Shown here in pieces: positions 41,846 through 54,538 of a stretch of DNA of 64,000 nucleotides. The DNA is from Vicugna vicugna (taxonomy: Eukaryota), in NCBI GenBank assembly GCA_013265495.1, contig MU058718.1, positions 3,362,081 to 3,426,080 of the forward strand, written 5' to 3'. The notes below the pieces were generated by a model. The model was not told the origin of the DNA. It did no database searches and saw nothing but the letters and a program-made list of their open reading frames with translations. Position 1 is the stretch's first letter; every line of letters begins with the position of its first letter. Position numbers and translations under genes: made by a program.

Positions 41846-44469
41846 ACTTGTTCAATTTTTTAACGAAAGGGACATAGATGTGAGCCCTTCATCTCTCAGA
41901 CACACAGAAAATAAAAAACAGACACAGAGCTGAATGTGAGAAAAATTTTGTCAGGACTGGCCCACCAGAACCTACTGCTACTTCCTGGCCCAGTTACCTC
42001 TATCAGCCAGTTCTGAGGCAGAGCTTGGTTAAGCCCTACCAGGCCTGGCCTATGACAAATATGTAACATGGGAAAATCCAAAAGCAGGAGGAGGAAATAA
42101 TTTAGTTATCAAAGTCCCCAAATATGATGGCTGTGCCTCCTCCTTACCTCAAGTTCCACTTCTCCTGACTTTGATAGTAGAGTTCACTTCAGTGCAATAT
42201 TATAAAGTTCCTCATGGTGCTGTGCTTTCTGTTACTTGCAGCTTACCGTTGTGGTATTCAAAAAAGTAACCTCAGGGTGTCAGAGTGGTGCGTCCTTCCC
42301 CAATATTTGAGTCATAAACTGATAGTACTGGGATACTGGGTATTTGAGATCATTTGCTCAACTCCCTCAAAAGTCAGAGAAATAAATCCCAGAAGACTTC
42401 AGTAAATTACCAAAATCATATAGTATGTGTTATCAAAAAAAACCCCTTTGATTTCTTAGAACTTATATTAAGAATTCTGAACATCCACGGACCTGTTTTT
42501 AGTTGCTTCTGTGTGTGTGTGTGCGCGCACGTGCATGTGTGTGAAGCTCAACTGAAACACTTATTCTCTCTTTTGGAGGCTCCCTTGTGCCCCTGGACAA
42601 CCATAATCTCAGGGTTTTCCCCCATATTCTGTGACTGCAACTATCAAAGTTTACCTTGTTGTTCTCTCTTTAAGGGCAAGTTATGTATGTCTATACTATT
42701 GAATAATGTTCCTTCTTTATAGACAAGATATTCTTTTTTGTAACATTGGCCTTCAGTAGACAGTGCCTTTGCTCAAACTTTCAATCTAGTGGTAGGAGTT
42801 TCAGCATAAAGGCTGGAAAAGGAAGAATGTGTAAACAACAGGCTTTCCTTTGTCCCTCATGCAGAGAGAAGTGCTGCATTGCAGCATGGCTGTCCCTTGA
42901 TTGGCTCCCGCCTTAGCCAAGTGCTCAGAAGGAGTTGAAATGAAGCAAAAGAGTCTTCTGTTTCTCCTCTCCCACTTCTGCTACACTAGTTCCCAGCTCT
43001 GTTGGCACCGTACTACTGCCAGCCCTCTCTACTCCTCTCCTCCCCTCCCGCTGTGAATCTCCTGGTTTCTGCCTACCTGTCTGCTAACCTAGCTGTGGCT
43101 CCAGGGTATGCTTTCCTTCCTGGTCATCTCCATGGCTTGCTCTGACCACTGTGGGTCCAGTCTGCTTTTCCAGCCCCAGACCCTTGACTAGCAAGGGTCT
43201 CTCTGGGTGTCTCTCTGCCCAGCCCATCCAGCTTGTGCAGCTTCAGCCTCCAACCTGACACTGGCTTTCCCAGTCTGGCTCCCTTCCCAGCAAAGGTCCC
43301 AGTACTGACAGCTCCTCAGCTCATACCACGTGGGCAGCAGCTTCAGAGCTGGCACTGATTCCAGCAATAGATTACTGTAATGTACTTGGCTGATCACCTG
43401 TAATGTAAAAATAAGCTTACAACATATACATCTGGGTTGTATAAAAATGAACTCACATGACACTTTTCCTTTGAAACATGCCATAAAGTGATTTAACTAA
43501 ATACAAACACAGACTCCATTGACATAGAGCCAGCCACTACTGAAATGAAATATGGCAGATATTTAGTGGAACCTGGAAGCTCTGTTTACGTTGAAGGTAG
43601 AAAGTAAAGAATAATTTATAAATTTCATCTGCAAAACTGGAAAGCAATGAATTAGTAGACAGAAGATTATTACCCAGTTTGGAGGCTGGCCCAAAACTGG
43701 TCAATTATTCTCTTCTGAGTGGAGCCAAATAGTTCAATTATATTATAGTTTGACTCCTTTAGGTATTCTATTTACTTTTGTGAGAATAAAGTCATCAATT
43801 TACTATTTATATTATTTAATTTGCATGTTATGAAGGCTTTTGGGTGATGGTCAATTATTAAGTTTTCTAAAACCTGTAGATACAAAAGGTTATTATTGTG
43901 AGATATAGCCATCAAAAAAAAACAGTGTTTTTAGAGAAATTCTTTCGTTAGTATATCTGAAGGGGTTGGTACAAAATTTGCATAAATATTAGATATGAAA
44001 ATCAATTTCATGTAGTATTTGTTCATATCTCATGGTTTTCTTCAGGGATTAAATCATATTTATCAGTGGTCTACCAAACCCTCTATGTTCCTTCATGTCC
44101 TACTGTTCTTTTATCGCCCCAGCCATGTTAAGGAATTTAGATGATCAGTGTTCAGAGCTTCATCCTCAATGTAACTTCCCTGAGGCCCAATGTAGACTGA
44201 GTCAGGGCCTTACTGTTGATGAATCAAGTTCAGGGTACTGATGGTGTAGCATGAGGCCACTGGCTCTTTAGCCACCACTGAGCTCCAGGTATATTCAGTT
44301 GCTCAGCTGGGGAAATTCATACAATGAGGGAGATTTCCAGTTTGATCAGATAAGCACCTTTATATGCCCAGAAAGAGGACTGGATAATGGTTACACAGAT
44401 AATGGTGTGTAACCATTTTAATTCCCAAGCACCTCTGAGAAGAACTTGTTCTTGTAATGTATTAAAACC

Positions 44470-44792
44470 AAGGTCATGTGTGATTACTGAGCTTCTAAAT
44501 GTGGCTACTCCAAATGGAGATGTTTTGTTGATAGAAAATACACACTGGATTTTGAAGACCTGGAATAAAAAATGAGAGAATGTAAAATGTCTCATCAAGA
44601 ATTTTAAAATATTGAAATTATAATTTTTTGGATATGTTAGATTGAAATGATATTTTAGATATATTGGGTTAACTAAAACATATTATTGAAATTAGTTTTA
44701 ACTGTTTCTTTTTTACTTTTTAAAATGTAGCTACCACAATGTTTAAAAATAACGTGTATGGCTTACATTGTATTTCTGTTGAACAGTGTTGG
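44470..44792. mobile_element. hAT-Charlie DNA transposon relic (MER33-like)
   Basis: aaatgtggctactccaaatggagatg...tacacactggattttgaagac...gttttaactgtttctttttactttttaaaatgtagctac...gaacagtgttg. Confidence 0.72.
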
Positions 44793-44816
44793 CCTAGAAC
44801 ACAGTAAACTCTCAGT

Positions 44817-45814
44817 GAATGTCAAAAAAAAAACAAAAACAAAGTCATGGAACAGCTGTTGCTAGAACAGGATTTGCTATGTGAACTGTGCTATGAGATG
44901 TGATTTCATATCAGTACCTTTTCCACCATGAACGATTTCTTTGATTTAACAGTGGTCATCATTAGAATTGAGCCAGGAGAGCTTCATGCATGTTGAAGCT
45001 GAGGCTGAGGGCCAGGACTTAAGTCTGAAGCTCATGATCACCATACCTCAAACCTTGAAATACCCTATCGAAGACACCATGTCACCTCCAAGAAACATGA
45101 GACTCCTTACACCTCACTCCTAAAAGCAGTTGATCATGTATGTCATTGTGAAGTTGCCACATCAATGCCTTGTTGGCTGAGAGCAAATCATGACAAGCAT
45201 TTTAACACTATATGTAAGCTAGAAGAATCTGAGATGCACAGCAGGAATTCAGGAAACAGACAAAAAAACAATCAGGAGAAACAGGAAATAGAATGAGCAT
45301 GGCAGAATGTAAAAAGAATGTCAAAAAAAAAAAAAAAACAAAGTCATGGAACAGCTGTTGCTAGAACAGGATTTGCTGTGTGAACTGTGCTACGAGATGT
45401 GATTTCATATCAGTGCCTTTTCCACCATGAACGATTTCTTTGATTTAACAGTGGTCATCATTAGAATTGAGCCAGGAGAGCTTCATGCATGTTGAAGCTG
45501 AGGCTGAGGGCCAGGACTTAAGTCTGAAGCTCATGATCACCATACCTCAAACCTTGAAATACCCTATCGAAGACACCATGTCACCTCCAAGAAACATGAG
45601 ACTCCTTACACCTCACTCCTAAAAGCAGTTGATCATGTATGTCATTGTAAAGTTGCCACATCAATGCCTTGTTGGCTGAGAGCAAATCATGACAAGCATT
45701 TTAACACTATATGTAAGCTAGAAGAATCTGAGATGCACAGCAGGAATTCGGGAAACAGACAATAAAACAATCAGGAGAAACAGGAAATAGAATGAACATG
45801 GCAGAATGTAAAAA
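44817..45814. repeat. Tandem duplication, 2 x 499 bp (44817-45315; 45316-45814)
   Basis: Both units start GAATGTCAAAAAAA...CAAAGTCATGGAACAGC and end GGCAGAATGTAAAAA; about 8 substitutions by eye. Confidence 0.95.
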
Positions 45815-46004
45815 CTAGTGTCTGGTTAAGCCCTTTTATAGCAAACGCTAAAATGAGAGTTCAGGCCAAAAGACTAGAGCCCAGCTGAAGAAGCCTTTTC
45901 AGATAATGCTATGGTGGAACTGCCTACACGGTATTGAGCAGCTTACTGGTATAGCGCCAGCAAAGCTGAGTTCTGTTCCTTCATCTGCTCTTATTCAGGC
46001 AACA

Positions 46005-46250
46005 CAATGGAGGGGTTAAGAACATGGGCCTTGAAGCAGACAACCTGGGTTTAAACCCTAGATTTTCTACCATTTATCTGTGTGAATTTGGGTAAGTTAC
46101 TTGACTTCTCTGTGCCTTGCTTTTCTTATCTGTAAAATGGAGATAGTAATCAAAGCAATCTCCAAGGATTGTCGTGAGGATGAAAGGAATGGTAGATACA
46201 AAGCCCTTGGAACAGAGCCTTGTCAGAATATGTGATGATTAATGTGAGCA
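46005..46250 (+). mobile_element. MIR
   Basis: ctgggtttaaaccc...tgtgtgaatttgggtaagttacttgacttctctgtgcc...tctgtaaaatggagat. Confidence 0.78.
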
Positions 46251-46289
46251 ATTGTTACCTGTTAAATAGGATAGGAAATAATATTGTTA

Positions 46290-46712
46290 TATATGTATAT
46301 GTCTTATTTTAAGAAACTGCCTCACCGAGTTGGAGGCTGAGAAGTCCCATGATCTGCCGTCTGTAAGCTGGAGACACAAACAAGCTGGCAGTGTAGTTCA
46401 CTCTGAGTCTGAAGGCCTTAGAACCAGGGAAGTTGATGGTATAATTCCTAATCTGAGGGCAGGAGAACAGTGCCCCGGCTCAACAGTCAGTAACAGAGAG
46501 CACATTCTCCCTTCCTCCACCTTTATGTTCTGTTCAGGCCCCCAGTGGGTTGGATGATGCCTGCTCACACTGGGAAGGGCAGTCTGCTTTACCCAGTCTA
46601 CCAGTCCACATGCTAATCTCATCCTGAAACATCCTCGCAGACACTCCCAGAAATAATGTGTAGCCAAACGTCTGTGATCCAGTCAAGTTGACACATGAAA
46701 TTAACCATCACA
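46290..46712 (-). mobile_element. ERVL LTR (MLT2B-like)
   Basis: ggaggctgagaagtcccatgatctgccgtctg...ccagtcaagttgacacatgaaattaaccatcaca. Confidence 0.85.
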
Positions 46713-48049
46713 TTGGGTTAGTCAGAAGCAGGACAGGAGCCATGAGAAATTCAGATAGATCCAACCCCTTCCCCAAAGGCTTGAGAGTTTGGACAGTCCA
46801 GCCATCCACTTTACCATTTGCTCTTCCTCAGTGGTGGCTCTAAGGCTTCCTAACTCTCACTCACCTCTGGGTGTTTGAGGAAATTCAATCCATGACTTCA
46901 AAGAGAACAGCAGAAATGGAAAAAAGACTGACAGGCAGCAAGCCGCTAAGGAGTGCTTCCAAAATGCAGCTCCAAGTGGGCTTGCTTGTATTCCTGCAGA
47001 CTTCTTGTAAACAAGATCATATTGTAAATGTACCAAAAACATTTCCTAGAAAGAAATCTTTGGTATATATTTTTCAAATGTAAATATCTGTGGTAAATCT
47101 ACATTGCCTAGATTCCAGGACACCAACAAGTAAATAAAAGGCTTTAAATTCTTTTTCTAGAAAAAAATAATGAACAAGAAAAAGAATTCTTGAAAGAATT
47201 ATAAGGTACATCTCAATTTCAGAAACATTAGCATGGGGTAAGGGTCGGGGAGAGGGTCCATCAGGAATTTAGGAAAGTGGAGGCCAAGTATAATAGAAAA
47301 AGCAGGAGACGCAGAGTTAGAGGCCCCTGTTCTGATCCTGTGTCTATCTCTCGGGCAACCCACTTGACTCCTCTGAACCTCCAGCTTCTTATGTATAGAA
47401 TAAAGATGTAAAATTAGATGAGAGCTAGGGTCCCCGTCAGTGCCAAATTTAATTGGGATCTGGATTTATTGATGTTTCTCTGGCTCAGTTCCTGACAAGA
47501 GTTTCCTGTATAAAACTGTCTGCTGCCTGCTGCTTGTGCCTTTGTAAAGAGACTTCAATTTTCCTACTGTTTCAAGTTTCTCAGCTGGGGCTTCAACATT
47601 TGGGAATCAAAAGATGGACTGGGTAACTGTAGCATCTTCCGTTCCCCTCATATTACCCTGGCCTTGAAGTGCCCCAGGGGCTCCAGAGCCAGGTGAGAGG
47701 GAGGCTGCCAGTGCAGGGTGGAATGGGCAGAGGCAGCTCCGCAGGGAGATGGGAGCACGTGCTGCCCAGCTTTGACCTCTGCTTCTCTATCCTGGCTGGG
47801 ACAACCGACTGATGGACCTGTAATGACCCTTGTCTACAGATGACACTCATTGTCACTTCCTTGCAGAGAAAGAAAAGGGCAGGGTGGAGGGCGGCAGCCA
47901 AAAAGGAATAAAAAAGCCGCTTTTGACTACTTACTTCCTAAAGTGAGAAGTAAGATTTGACTGAGAGAAATAAAAGGTGGGAACAAAATGGATAAATAAG
48001 CTTTTGCCTTCTCACTTCCCCATCATGGTGATTTTGAAGATTGAGTCTT

Positions 48050-48660
48050 TTTTTTTTTAATTCTTCAAGTTATAAGTTTTTTTTAAACTTTTTTTATTGA
48101 GTTATAGTCATTTTATAATGTGTCAAATTCCAGTGTAGAGCACAATTTTTCAGTTATAATGAATATACATACATTCATTGTCACATTCTCTTTCACTGTG
48201 AGCCACCAGAAGATCCTGTATATATTTCCCTGTGCTACACAGTACAATCTTGTTTATCTTTTCTACATTTTGAAATCCCAGTCTGTCCCTTCCCAACCCC
48301 CTGTCCCCCTGGAAACCACAAGCTTGTATTCCATGTCTATGAGTCTGTTTCTGTTTTGTATTTATGTTTTTTGTTTGTTTGTTTTAGATTCCACATATAA
48401 GTGATCTCATATGGTATTTTTCTTTCTCTTTCTGGCTTACTTCACTTAGAATGACATTCTCCAGAAACATCCATGTTGCTGCAAATGGCGTTATGTTGTC
48501 GGTTTTCATGATTGAATAGTATTCCATTGTATAAATATACCACATCTTCTTTATCCAGTCATCTGCTGATGGACATTTAGGTTGTCTCCATGTCTTGGCT
48601 TTTGTAAATAGCACCGCTATGAACATTGGGGTGCAGGTGTCATTTTGAAGTAGGGTATCC
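48050..48660 (-). mobile_element. 5'-truncated LINE-1, same family as the 20909-22132 copy
   Basis: ORF2 end MFIAVLFTKAKTWRQPKCPS...MRSLICGI and a homologous 3' UTR; TSD TGAAGATTGAGTCTT (48035-48049) / TGAAGATTAAGTCTT (48661-48675). Confidence 0.93.
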
Positions 48661-48874
48661 TGAAGATTAAGTCTTGATGTGAACCTGGCCTGGAGTTCCT
48701 TATCTCAGGGCGGGAGCCAGTTTGGTGCTGATCTTATAAGTGGAGTCATGTGTGTTCATTTTAGATGCCAAATTGCTTCAATTTCAAGCAATTATTATTT
48801 ATGCAGAAGAAATTGATACTTGGTTTTTGTTGTGGGGTGGTCATTGCTGTGATTCGGTGACATGCTGGAAAATA

Positions 48875-48989
48875 ATGTAAAGCCCTGATTTGCAGCGTTT
48901 GCCATGGCTGACCTCAAGCTACCCTGACATGAAAGCACTGACCTTGGAGTTGGGGAGAGTCAGAACAAGCCAGCTCCAGTACACCACTG
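48875..48989. mobile_element. DNA transposon fragment (MER63-like)
   Basis: Ends gccagctccagtacaccactg, resembling the MER63 terminal inverted repeat. Confidence 0.45.
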
Positions 48990-49089
48990 CTCATTGTTAG
49001 TTATTTTGCTTTAAGTCAGATCAGAGGAAGTGCCAGATTGCAAGTTGTCTAAAATTATTTCTAAAATTATTTAAGCCCACAGCTGCAAA

Positions 49090-49820
49090 AAAAAAAAATT
49101 TACAGAAATTTTTAGTGCAGAAATCATGAATGTACAACTCAAAGAATTTCCACAAACTGATCACACCTGTGTAGATAGCACTAAATCAAGAAAACTATCA
49201 GCCTCCTGGAAGCCCTCCTTTTGCCCCCTTCCAACCAACAGCCCTACTTGCCCATGCCAAGAGTAACAAGTGTCCTAGCTTCTAACAGCATATGATTTGT
49301 GCCTGGTTTTGTATTTCAGCATGCACTCCAGCATGGCTTCTTTTGCTTATCTTTATGACTGTTGGATTCATTCGTATTGTTCCGTGCAGTTTTAAATCAC
49401 TCATTCTCATTGTTTTGTAGTATTCCATTTTAGGAATATTCCACAATTTATCCATTCTACCATTGGTGGGCATTTGGGCAGTTTGCAGGTTTTGGCTATT
49501 ATGAGTAGTGCATAAACATTATAGTGCGTGTCTTTGGTGCACACATGTGACTGTTCTACTGTTTTTGCCCTAGAAGGGGACCTGCTGGGTCCTAGGCCTG
49601 TATGTGCATAAGCTCAGCATTAGCACGTGCTGCTGTTAATTGTGTTTTCATTTTAGCTTTCCTGGTAGGTATATAGCGGCATGACAGTGTTGTGAGAGCC
49701 AGTGGTAGTGAGAACATTTTCATATATTTTCTGGTCATTTTAATATCCTCTTTTATGTGGAGTCAGCTAAGTAATTTGCCCACTCTTCCATTGAGTTGTC
49801 TGCCTTTTTATTATTCACTT
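49090..49820 (-). mobile_element. Old LINE-1 (L1MD/L1ME-like) fragment
   Basis: gtagtattccatt...ccacaatttatccattctac...ggcatttgggcagtttgcaggttttggctattatg. Confidence 0.7.
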
Positions 49821-50928
49821 GTCTTTTAAATTTCTTTCTTTTTCTAAAATTCAAAAATACTAAAAAAAAAAAAATCCTAAATCTGAGTTAAGCTGCTTTT
49901 CCTTGTGGGCCAGAGGTACTAATTAGAAAAGATTTGCCACCTCTGCTTTCTCTACGCTGTACATGGCTCTCTATCAAGTCATCAGATTTTGTGCATATTT
50001 CATAGTGTCACTTAGCAATATTATAGAGCAATTTAGAGTGAAGGGTTTTTCAAGAGCAAACACTTCGTGCAAAATGCAAATACATTTTGAAAAGAGAACA
50101 ATTCTTTCTTAAATGAAAGTAAGAGCTATTCAATAGTCCGTAAGAAAAAAATGAGTTGAAACCTCAATAACCTCAAAAAAGTAATTCTGATTTCATATTA
50201 AATATGAATTTTTAAAAGTTTCCAGAGGTAAGGCTTCTTTTTCCTTTCTATTATCTCAATAGAAAAACCTTGTTCCTTATCTACAGTCTTTTTTTTAGAA
50301 CCTTTCCACTAAAAAATTGAATTCTTCCTATGTATTGTGTGAGGCGTCTTATTTTTTAAATCCTTACTTAGATATGAGAGTGCAATCTATTAATCCATTA
50401 CTGATTCTGTGGCAAGAATATAGAAAATTATAAAGAATAGTTCACTAACTTCAGAGGTTAGGGTACTTTCCTTGGATGGCTGGATGTGGGTCAGACACTC
50501 CAAACAGGTTTTTCAAATGAAAGAGCTATAAAAATCTGGAAACTGGAACAAAACATTTATCTTACAGAATTTATTCCATATTTTCCCCTTAATGAATTAT
50601 TTGGAACCTGGCTTTTAGGGCCTTGCTAGTAACCAGTATTGTAAAGATGCTACACTGATGGTTAGATATTCCACAGCCCTAGTAGAGGAATATTAAATTC
50701 CCTAGTAAAGCTGCGTTTCCCCCCATTCTTTTCATTGTGCCCCCAGTTCTATGTCTTCAATTTGTGGCACACAATCAGAAGTAAATGTTGAAAGACAAGA
50801 CTACCCCATGGTGTGTATTTAGCAGATGGCCTGTATTTCCTATTATTAATGAAAGCACCTGGGTAAATGCTATGCTTCTGGGCATCCACCATTGCTGTTT
50901 CTGTAGAAATTAATTCAAAAGTCCTGTG

Positions 50929-50942
50929 GTAACCATGGTAAC
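50929..50942. promoter_or_regulatory. RFX X-box (intronic)
   Basis: GTAACCATGGTAAC fits GTNRCC-AT-RGYAAC and sits in non-repetitive sequence. Confidence 0.5.
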
Positions 50943-51877
50943 AAGAGGCAACATTGTAGAAGTGGTGTTTAGGGGAAATGAAAAATCTTGCCCTTCCTCT
51001 GCTCTCTGATCGTCCGTGGGCCACTGTTTCCCTACTCAGAGGAAAGAACTGATTTCCCAAGAACCATTATGCGTGGTGGGGGACGGAGGGAAGGAGTTTG
51101 TGCTAATATTGGGCCGGTCCTAGGCCTGGCCCACTAAGCCTCCATTTCATCAGTTCCTCTTATAAACATATTCTAACCTCCTCTTATAAACATAGAATTT
51201 GGAGAACTGTGTAGTCAGTCCACGGGGTCCAAAATCCTTGTTTCCTACTATGATCTCCAAAGAAAAATGCAAATCCTCATGAGAATTCTTACTTGTATGT
51301 GGAGAGTTAAGAATCTAATTCTTAAGCTTAAGAATCATCAATATTTTTCTTATTCTTCAAACATCTCATAACAGGTCCCACTGGGATGTTCAGGGCATTT
51401 GTCATTCTGATTCAGTGTGATAGAAACACACCACATGCAGGTGAATTGAAGGCATTTAAACACAATAGAAATTTGTTTCTTTTGTAGAAACGTCTGAGCT
51501 GAGTGTATCTGTTCTGCTGAAGCAGTCACAAGAATCTAGGCCCCTTCAGTCTTGTTGCCATCGTCCTCACAGTCGAGGATCGGTCACCACCCACCTGCCT
51601 GCTCACTACCACAGTGGCCGGAAGTTAGGTCTAGGGCCACACCCAGCTGCAAGAGAGGCTAAGAAATGCAACCTTTATTCTGGTGGAAAGAATTCACATG
51701 CAGCTGAATCAGTAACCAGACTAATACACACAGGATCTCATTTAGTCTTACCAACCTACAGCACTGATAGAATACACGAGGCAGAACTAATTCTTCCCAT
51801 TTGGTGGATGTGAGACTCAGCTACTAGCTCAAGTGCACATAGATAAGTGATCATGTCTGGACCAGACTCCAGTTTCA

Positions 51878-52161
51878 TCTCTGAGCTCCAGTGCAAGACT
51901 ATGTCGTGCTGTAATGCCAGGACCCCCTCAGCCCTACCGGGGGAGGTTGAAATGTGCTAGCCTCAGCCCCTAGATTACATGGGACTTGTCTTCATTGTCA
52001 TTTGTTTTTCAGTCTCTCTCTCTGAGCTCCACGAGCGAGACTATGTCGTGCTGTGATGCCAGGACCCCCTCAGCCCTACCGGGGGAGGTTGAAATGCGTT
52101 AGCCTCAGCCCCTAGATTACATGGGACTTGTCTTCATTGTCACTTGTCTTTCAGTCTCTCT
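51878..52161. repeat. Tandem duplication, 2 x ~141 bp
   Basis: TCTCTGAGCTCCA...GACTATGTCGTGCTGT...GGGACTTGTCTTCATTGTCA...TCAGTCTCTC starts at 51878 and again at 52019. Confidence 0.93.
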
Positions 52162-52848
52162 ACTGATAGGCTATCAGCCATTGCTTCTTGCTGTAATCTG
52201 TTTATAGAAATGTTACTTTCAATGAGTCCTAGATTTAGAAACTAAATAATCAAGGTTGTTAGAATTTAATTTAAAATCAGAGTAAATTGTCTTGGAATCA
52301 GGGCCCAAATTTCTCTCCTTTAAGTAAATTATCTTTAACTGATCTTTAGTGGATAAATTTGTGGATCAAGTTGGCTCTGCAGACATCTTTTCCACCTATT
52401 CTCCTTTTTCACTCAATTCCAGGGAGATGGTTTAGCCACGGACAAATGTTTTGATTTCAAAAGAATATTTTTTAATTTATGAATTTTATAAGCTTGGCCG
52501 TTTTTTAGTCAACAAACTATATTAATAGAAGAAAGATGAATAAATTCATATTTAAAGACCATGATTTTGATTTTGCAACAAAAATAAAGCATGATTTTCA
52601 TATATTCTGAAATTTGCTGATGTGCAATGCTATTCTGCCCATGTATGTCATATTTTCATTGACCATTGACAAGCAGATTTTAAAGATAAAATCTAAAAAA
52701 AATTTAAATATAACAAAGCAGTATTTTAAATTTAATGTATATGTTTTAGCAGATAGAATAATATTGTAAAACATGGGGAACTCAAGTTTCAATAATATTA
52801 ATTATGATGACTTCTAGAAAACAAATCCCATCATCTGTAAGAGGAAAT

Positions 52849-52970
52849 TTATAGTAACCTATAATGAAAAAGAATAAGGAAAAATATGTGTATATATGTA
52901 TTATGAAACATTATGCCATACACCAGAAATTGACACAACATTGTAAACTAACTAGACTTTAATGAAAAAT
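52849..52970 (+). mobile_element. Short LINE-1 3' end with probable 9-bp TSD
   Basis: tagtaacctataatgaaaaagaat...caccagaaattgacacaacattgtaaac; AGAGGAAAT at 52840-52848 and 52971-52979. Confidence 0.75.
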
Positions 52971-54538
52971 AGAGGAAATAATGTGACTTGCATTATAACC
53001 TTCTTGAAGACAACTAAAAAAATCTGTAAATTTCTTTTGGTTTTTTTGGAAGGCAGAAACATTTTAATTCTATAAAATGAGTAGCACTCCCAGTAATCAG
53101 GCTAATATCAGTAATAGAATAATTTATTAGCTCATAGTCATTTGCTGTCAAGACCACCCAAGCAATTTGCTTCCACTGAAAGTGTGAGCAGCAATTTCTG
53201 TGAAAGGGTGGTGAGGTTTTAGGGTGATGAAATAAGGATCGGAAGACAAAGCACAGCATCAGTGACTATGCGGATATATGTCTAAAGTCCCATACTGGCT
53301 ACGTAAAGAGTCTTATCAATAAATGCTCCAAAAAGTAAAAGCCTCCAGAATGATTCTGTTAATAAATGGGAGATGGGTTCATTTATTCATTATTTTATTT
53401 GACGGGCTGAAGCTAAGCCAAGCCAGATAAATATTAAGGTACAAAATATTGCCTTAAATCTGTTTCATCTTAATAAATACTTGCTTCTTGATCCCAGAAG
53501 CTGGAAACACTGACATTCGGTTTGAAGGAGATAAGAGAAAGGCTTGGGCAAAGTGCATTTTGTATAAGAAGACAGCAAGGATAAAAGAAACAAAGAAAAA
53601 GAAAAAACATTGGCCAGAAAAACCAAGATCTTGAACCAGCTACGATTAAGATCCTGGAATTGTGAAACTGGAAGGAAGGATAATGGCATAAGAATAACAA
53701 AATAATAATTTTTTTAATGGTTTGCTGAGCTGTTGCTCCAAACCAAGTGCCTCAGTCATCTATTTTGTATTCAGATGTGGCCTCTGATGGATAGCTCGCT
53801 GCACACACGTGAGGTGACCTTTCCAACCTGCCTGAAAAATGTTGGACTCATTTGTTTAATGTCAAGGTTTTTACATGAGATTATGAAATCTGGGATCTAG
53901 AGTGTGGTATAGATGGTGCTGAGGATTACTTCATGATGAATTTGTTTATTTTGTTTTATTTTTAGAAATTCAGCTTTGGATTTAGGTAGTACAGTTGCAA
54001 GCTATACATTTGTATCAAATGAATGTATTATGTGCTGGACAGAGGGCTAACACAAAGAATTTGATATTTCAAAAATTTTGAAACCAAATAAATACGAATT
54101 AACATTTTTCATTCCATTGCATGATAAAGGTTCACTGACTATAAACTAATTTCTGGTCTGGTTTGAAAGGTTTTAATACTCTGGTATATTCTGATTTTTT
54201 AGCTAGATCAAGGATGATGAATGCATAGGTGTTATTTTGTCCCATTATAAAGATTTGCTTCTCCATGTCTGTAATAGGAGTGAGCAAAACATCAGAGACA
54301 TGAAGTGGACTGTTGAGGAGTGAGGTTGGTTTCTGGACATATTTATCTGAATTTATACATCCTAATGAAGATTGTCCCCTATGACAGAGGCGTGCATAAT
54401 TAAACTTTTCAGGCTTGTCTAAAATTGCCTATTTATGAATAATAATTGAAAGTCTCATGAATTTATATATCTAGTAAAATACAAATATTATAACTTCAAA
54501 TTTGTACAAGTTATATTCATGGATTCTACGATGTCCAT

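Noticed and set aside
43178..43200. Perfect short hairpins (AGACCCTTG-actag-CAAGGGTCT; also TCTGAGGC-gaat-GCCTCAGA at 5815-5834)
   Set aside because: A few 8-9-bp stems are expected by chance in 64 kb; no pre-miRNA-length pairing.
51155..51194. 16-bp direct repeat TCCTCTTATAAACATA separated by 8 bp
   Set aside because: Real but a trivial micro-duplication: only two copies, not an array or CRISPR-like structure.
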